The notes beneath the pieces are model-generated. The model did no database searches. It saw only the letters and a program-made list of their open reading frames with translations, and was not told where the DNA came from. From contig SUPR01000006.1 of assembly GCA_005191425.1 (NCBI GenBank), positions 30,001 through 62,000 of the forward strand: a stretch of 32,000 bases of DNA. The letters are read 5' to 3'. Positions 27,781 through 32,000 of this stretch are shown here, in pieces. Each line of letters opens with the position of its first letter. Position 1 is the first letter of the stretch. This stretch comes from Candidatus Helarchaeota ASGARD archaeon Hel_GB_B (GTDB taxonomy: Archaea; Asgardarchaeota; Lokiarchaeia; Helarchaeales; HEL-GB-B). The position numbers and the translations under genes were made by a program.

Positions 27781-28659
27781 TCACATTATTTTTATAGAAG
27801 ATCCAGGATCTACCAAACTCAAGGTTTCTAATAAATTGATTAAATTACAGATATAAAGACCTCTCTGTGTAAGACTATATAATCGGCCATTTTTTGAAAT
27901 TATATTTTCTTTTAATAAAATTTTAATGTGGTAAGCTAAATTTGAAGATCTTACAAGAGGAATATTATAAAATATTTCATTGTAATTTAGAGAACTTTTT
28001 TGCATCAATAGCTTAATAATAATTCTTCTAATTGGATGTGATAATAAATCTATAATGTTAGAATAAGGAAATTCAATTAATGAAGACATTATCTTATTAA
28101 ATTTGATTTGTTGAGATTCTTTCATTGAATTTAAATTTTCATAAATCAAAAAAACCAGTGTAAATTTAGTTTTATTTAATTTATATTTAATTGAATGAAA
28201 AAAATTCTCAATTGATTGAAAATCATAATAATCTAAAAATTTAATTAATTCACTAAAAACTAATAAAATATTATTCTGTTTATGATTTTTTTTTAAAATT
28301 AAGTCTACTTTTTTTTCTACATTTTTCAAGTTAGAAAAATATACATCATTTTCTTTAAAATAATCGAAATCAATTCTATATACTGGTTTTATTGTTATTT
28401 TTTCAAATTTATCAATAATTTTAGAGTTTTTACTTGAGACAAATAAGATTGTATCAAAATGTTTTTCAATCTCTTGAATATTCTGTTCAATTAAATTTTT
28501 AATATCTTTCATATAAGAAAAATAAATTTTTTCTAAAAAACTTGTTTCTTTATAAATCAATTTGTTTAAATTATGATTTTCATCTTCATTTAATTTACTT
28601 ATTAATTTATAATAATTATTATCACTTAACAAAAATTTATTAGCATACATATTTATCAA
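27781..28659 (-). CDS. Putative transcriptional regulator: N-terminal alpha/beta domain plus C-terminal ArsR-like wHTH
   Basis: C-terminal LSHPIRRIIIKLL...LNYNEI...SSNLAYHIKILLKENII....YSLTQRG. Confidence 0.75.
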   Translation of the reverse strand: MINMYANKFLLSDNNYYKLISKLNEDENHNLNKLIYKETSFLEKIYFSYMKDIKNLIEQNIQEIEKHFDTILFVSSKNSKIIDKFEKITIKPVYRIDFDYFKENDVYFSNLKNVEKKVDLILKKNHKQNNILLVFSELIKFLDYYDFQSIENFFHSIKYKLNKTKFTLVFLIYENLNSMKESQQIKFNKIMSSLIEFPYSNIIDLLSHPIRRIIIKLLMQKSSLNYNEIFYNIPLVRSSNLAYHIKILLKENIISKNGRLYSLTQRGLYICNLINLLETLSLVDPGSSIKIM

Positions 28660-28889
28660 AATTAAATTTTGTTAAAATTTTATTTGTGAAAATTATCTTT
28701 TTTTACTTAAAATCTTTTATAAAGTTTTAATCCATGAATAAATTATCATTATGAAATATTTAAGTGTTTCGAATTTCGTCATTTGCCCGGATATTGCAAC
28801 ATTACAAATATTTTATACAAATTTTCAAAAATGAAAAAAATATTGGAAAATTGAAAAAAATCAGTGAATAAATTAAAAATCGTGCTTGT

Positions 28890-29168
28890 ATGTTGGATAA
28901 AATTTTTGGTAATAATAGTGTAATTTTAATACTTAATACATTTCTTAAGAAAGAAAATCGTGAAAAATGGCTTAATGTACGAGAAATTGGAAGACGTTCA
29001 GGTATATCATCTGGAACAGTTTCAAGAAGAATTAATGAATTGGTAGAAAATGGTGTTTTAATAGAAGAAAACCCTTCAGAATATAGAAGAATTTTTAAAT
29101 TAAATATTCAAAACCCATATGTGCCTATTTTAATAAATTTTTTTGATCAATTATGCGAAATAGAATAA
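28890..29168 (+). CDS. Small winged-helix transcriptional regulator
   Basis: LNVREIGRRSGISSGTVSRRINELVENGVL HTH followed by the wing IFKLN; 92 aa. Confidence 0.85.
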   Translation: MLDKIFGNNSVILILNTFLKKENREKWLNVREIGRRSGISSGTVSRRINELVENGVLIEENPSEYRRIFKLNIQNPYVPILINFFDQLCEIE

Positions 29169-29460
29169 AAAAGAAACGATTTAAAAATTATAAAATTTAT
29201 TTTATTATGAATAGATTATAATCCGTATTAATTTTTGATCTAAAACGAGATATCGCCAATCTAAATTTTTTTTATTTTAAAGATTTTTTGAAAATTATTT
29301 TTTGAAAATTTTTGAGTTATCGAATTTGATATAATATGTTTTACCAATTTAATTTGACAGAAGAAAATAAACATTATTATTTAAATTTCCTTTTTATTCA
29401 AAATTAATCATATCTAATTTAAAAAAATAAAAAAAATTACATAGTAATTTGGTGATTATC

Positions 29461-29934
29461 ATGGAAATGAGAAAATTAATAGATTTTCTGAATTTTGTTG
29501 TAGTTGCATATAATGAGGCGCTAGAAAATGTTGGTCTAGATTCGCAACTTATTAATGCTCAAATGGCCAGAGCATTCAAAGAAAAAGCTGCACATATAAT
29601 TCAAGATGATTTTGCCTTAGATATAACAGGTGATAATATTCAAGATATTATTAAATCATTTAGTGAAAGAATTAAAGAAACAGGAATTTGTCAAAAGACT
29701 GAGATTATTGAGATAAGCGATACAAATTTAACTTTAAAAACAGGGGATAGCATTCTCAATCAAGCAGATAAAATACTATTAAGAGATAGGCCTAACGATT
29801 ATATACCAGCTAGTCCGATTATTTCAATGTTAAGCTCATTTCTCGAAGAGAAAACAGGAAAAAATTGTATAATACAAAAATATGAATTCATTCCGGAAGA
29901 AAATTCTTCTCAATTCACAATAACATTGGAGTGA
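29461..29934 (+). CDS. V4R/Bet3-like fold hypothetical protein
   Basis: Three N-terminal helices then strands TEIIEISDTNLTLKTGDSIL...PASPI...SSQFTITL; ATG at 29461 preceded by GGTGA. Confidence 0.65.
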   Translation: MEMRKLIDFLNFVVVAYNEALENVGLDSQLINAQMARAFKEKAAHIIQDDFALDITGDNIQDIIKSFSERIKETGICQKTEIIEISDTNLTLKTGDSILNQADKILLRDRPNDYIPASPIISMLSSFLEEKTGKNCIIQKYEFIPEENSSQFTITLE

Positions 29935-29940
29935 TGTGAA

Positions 29941-30069
29941 ATGGGAAATTGTTTGGATTGTAAATTTGTAGGAACAAAAAATTCGAATGGACAAGTATGG
30001 TGTGAAAAAAAGAAAATCTATGTTAATATTGATTCACAATCCTCTTGTAATGATTTTGAAAAGAAGTAA
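29941..30069 (+). CDS. 42-aa four-Cys metal-binding microprotein (not in ORF track)
   Basis: MGNCLDCKFVGTKNSNGQVWCEKKKIYVNIDSQSSCNDFEKK; ATG 6 nt after the upstream stop with GGAGTGA upstream; nearly fills the gap to the next gene. Confidence 0.75.
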   Translation: MGNCLDCKFVGTKNSNGQVWCEKKKIYVNIDSQSSCNDFEKK

Positions 30070-30080
30070 ATGTGATGAAA

Positions 30081-30446
30081 ATGAGTGCAAAATCTGAAAA
30101 ATTAATTAAAATTTTGAAAGATTTGGAAAAGGAAAGTGTTATAGAAGGAAGTGCCATAGTTTCACCGAGAGGACAGGTTTTTGCTAGCGCATTACATTCA
30201 GATGCAGATGAAAAAGCTATTGCTGCGATGGCAGCAGCTTTAGGCTCAGTTGGTGCTAAAGTGAGTAATACCTTAGGGGCTGGAAAACTAAATCAAATGG
30301 TATTAAATGGTACAGATAAATTAATTCTAATGCATACAATGAAAAATGCAGTATTAATTACTATGGCACCTAGCGATGCTAAAGAGGGATTACTACAATT
30401 TGAAATTGAACAAGCAATAAACAAAATAAAAATGACTCTTGGATAA
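30081..30446 (+). CDS. Roadblock/LC7 (MglB-like) protein 1
   Basis: LIKILKDL...IEGSAIVSPRGQVFAS...AIAAMAAAL...LGAGKLNQMVLNG. ATG at 30081 preferred; the track starts at 30072. Confidence 0.92.
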   Translation: MSAKSEKLIKILKDLEKESVIEGSAIVSPRGQVFASALHSDADEKAIAAMAAALGSVGAKVSNTLGAGKLNQMVLNGTDKLILMHTMKNAVLITMAPSDAKEGLLQFEIEQAINKIKMTLG

Positions 30447-30499
30447 ATTTACAAATTTTCTTTTTATTTTTTATTTTTTATTTGAGTAGGTAAAATAAA

Positions 30500-31156
30500 A
30501 TGGTTATTAAAAAAGGAAAAACTTATGATTATAAGATTTATGTATGTGGGTATTTTCAAGCAGGGAAAACTACTTTAATTCATTCTCTGGATCCAAACGC
30601 TATGTCAATAGAAAAAAAGTTACGGGAATTATATTATGGAAAAGAATCTTCAACAACAGTTGGATTTGATTTAGGACATCTTGTTTGGGCACGACCAAGA
30701 GAAAATACAGATGGTATTTTAATGAGTTGGTTTGAATTTGAAAAAGAACGTGATGAATATAAAGATTGGATCTGTAAACTTATTGAATTAAAGGGTAGTC
30801 CTGGACAATTACATTTTAAAGATATGCGAAATATTGTAAGTAAAGGAAGTGATGGCATATTGTTTGTAATTGATAGTTCAGATCCTGGATCAATAGGATA
30901 TGCTTTAACATTAATTGAAGAATCTCGTTGTTTTTTAGGCAAATCTATTCCACTAGTTGTGTTAGCAAATAAACAAGACCTAGAAATTGCTCTCCCCCCT
31001 GAAAAAGTTTCAGACCTCATAAAATTTGAAACATTCGGAGGATCAGCAAAAAATAATTTTGGAGTAAAAGAAGCTCTTATTCGATTATTAAGAATAATAG
31101 TAAAAGAAATTAAACAAGATTATCAAAACTATTTAATAAAAGAGGAGATTCAATGA
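30500..31156 (+). CDS. MglA/CvnD-like small GTPase
   Basis: G1 GYFQAGKTT, G2 TTVGFD, G3 GSPGQ, LFVIDS, G4 ANKQD, G5 SAK. Confidence 0.9.
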   Translation: MVIKKGKTYDYKIYVCGYFQAGKTTLIHSLDPNAMSIEKKLRELYYGKESSTTVGFDLGHLVWARPRENTDGILMSWFEFEKERDEYKDWICKLIELKGSPGQLHFKDMRNIVSKGSDGILFVIDSSDPGSIGYALTLIEESRCFLGKSIPLVVLANKQDLEIALPPEKVSDLIKFETFGGSAKNNFGVKEALIRLLRIIVKEIKQDYQNYLIKEEIQ

Positions 31157-31593
31157 TATCTGAAAAACCTTTACAAAAATTTTTAAATGAATTAAAAATA
31201 AATAGTGGTATTTCAAGGTCAATTCTAATAACAGAAGATGGACTTTTAATAACCAGAGATGATGAAAATAGTAATTCAAATGATCTTATGCAAAATATGG
31301 AAATTGGAGCAATTACAGCCGGCATATTATCAATGTCAGAACGATTAGTCGATCTTCTCACTAAACAAAAATTAAATCAAATTTTAATTAAAACAGAACT
31401 TGATAGTGAAGAAAATGGGTTAACAACTATTATTACCTTGGTCTATAATAATATAATTTTGTTAGTTTTTTTTCCATCTAAATTAAATGTTGGTCTGATA
31501 TTATTTGAAATAGAGGAAACTAAACAAAAAATATCTGATTATTTAAAGAATCAAAAAGGAGATTTTATATTAAATCCAGAGAGTGTATTATAA
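31153..31593 (+). CDS. Roadblock/LC7 protein 2
   Basis: GISRSILITEDGLLI...IGAITAGILSMSERLV...LNQILIKTE...LNVGLILFEIE; ATGA overlap with the GTPase stop. Confidence 0.9.
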   Translation: MISEKPLQKFLNELKINSGISRSILITEDGLLITRDDENSNSNDLMQNMEIGAITAGILSMSERLVDLLTKQKLNQILIKTELDSEENGLTTIITLVYNNIILLVFFPSKLNVGLILFEIEETKQKISDYLKNQKGDFILNPESVL

Positions 31594-31594
31594 A

Positions 31595-32000
31595 ATGATG
31601 AAGAATCACAAAAAGTTTAATTCTAAATTTAATAAATACAATTCAAATGAAAATCGACATATCGCTCTAACAAAAATATTATCAGAATTGGGTAATAAGG
31701 AAAATATATCTGCTTGCCTAATAATTGATGAGAACGGATTATTAGTATCAGAGTTTATTAATGATTCAATAAATAAAGACATACTTACAGTATTTTCATC
31801 ATCACTAAATATTAATTTGAATAAATTTAAAGGTAATCTTAATTTAGCAGACATTAATTTTTTAATGTTAAATACAAAAAATGGAATAATATTTTTGAAA
31901 GAAATTCCACTTAAAAAGCATAAAAGAAGATTTTTATTGAGTATATTTTTCAAAAAAAGCAATAATAATTTCGAAAAAAGTAATATAAAATCACTGAAAA
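31595..32000 (+). CDS. Roadblock/LC7-like protein 3 (truncated by window end)
   Basis: Hand translation: ATG 1 nt after the previous stop, open to the window edge; LTKILSEL...ISACLIIDENGLLVSE...LNLADINFLMLNTKNGIIFLKEI. Confidence 0.8.
   Translation, partial: MMKNHKKFNSKFNKYNSNENRHIALTKILSELGNKENISACLIIDENGLLVSEFINDSINKDILTVFSSSLNINLNKFKGNLNLADINFLMLNTKNGIIFLKEIPLKKHKRRFLLSIFFKKSNNNFEKSNIKSLK

Noticed and set aside
1381-31361. Other short track ORFs (1381, 1987, 3181, 12459, 13932, 14451, 14747, 16073, 16962, 18089, 20395, 20899, 21641, 21829, 23342, 30634, 31110)
   Set aside because: All overlap better-supported genes in another frame or strand and show no motifs.
31606-31962. 118-aa minus-strand ORF
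   Set aside because: Antisense to a recognisable plus-strand roadblock gene that is coupled to the operon.
1-32000. tRNA, rRNA, IS elements, specific promoters
   Set aside because: No GC-rich structured RNA segments, transposase motifs or terminal inverted repeats seen; TATA/BRE-like strings are too frequent in this AT-rich DNA to call individually.

Overview
Very AT-rich, gene-dense archaeal DNA. It is most consistent with an Asgard archaeon (Lokiarchaeia-like), judging by an Arf-type GTPase, a cluster of three roadblock genes with an MglA-type GTPase, DZR and 7TM proteins, a PGF-type sorting tail and GGTGA/GGAG Shine-Dalgarno motifs; the taxonomy is inferred. I found no rRNA, tRNA, CRISPR array or intact mobile element. 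About 30 genes are present, covering acyl-CoA/lipid metabolism (two ACD alpha subunits, thiolase, DUF35, HMGS-like protein, Fe-ADH, SDR, PAP2), a bacterial-type TGT, a disrupted FG-GAP beta-propeller surface protein and several signalling genes. Main candidates: (1) an HMGS-like/DUF35/thiolase operon whose HMGS homologue has lost all three catalytic residues (PhlABC-like architecture); (2) a Cdc48 N-domain plus single AAA protein with a dead Walker B and no arginine fingers; (3) an apparent operon of a V4R-like protein, an unannotated 42-aa four-Cys microprotein, roadblock, MglA-like GTPase, roadblock and roadblock; (4) a preQ1-type tRNA-guanine transglycosylase in an archaeon. Family assignments come from motif recognition, not database searches.
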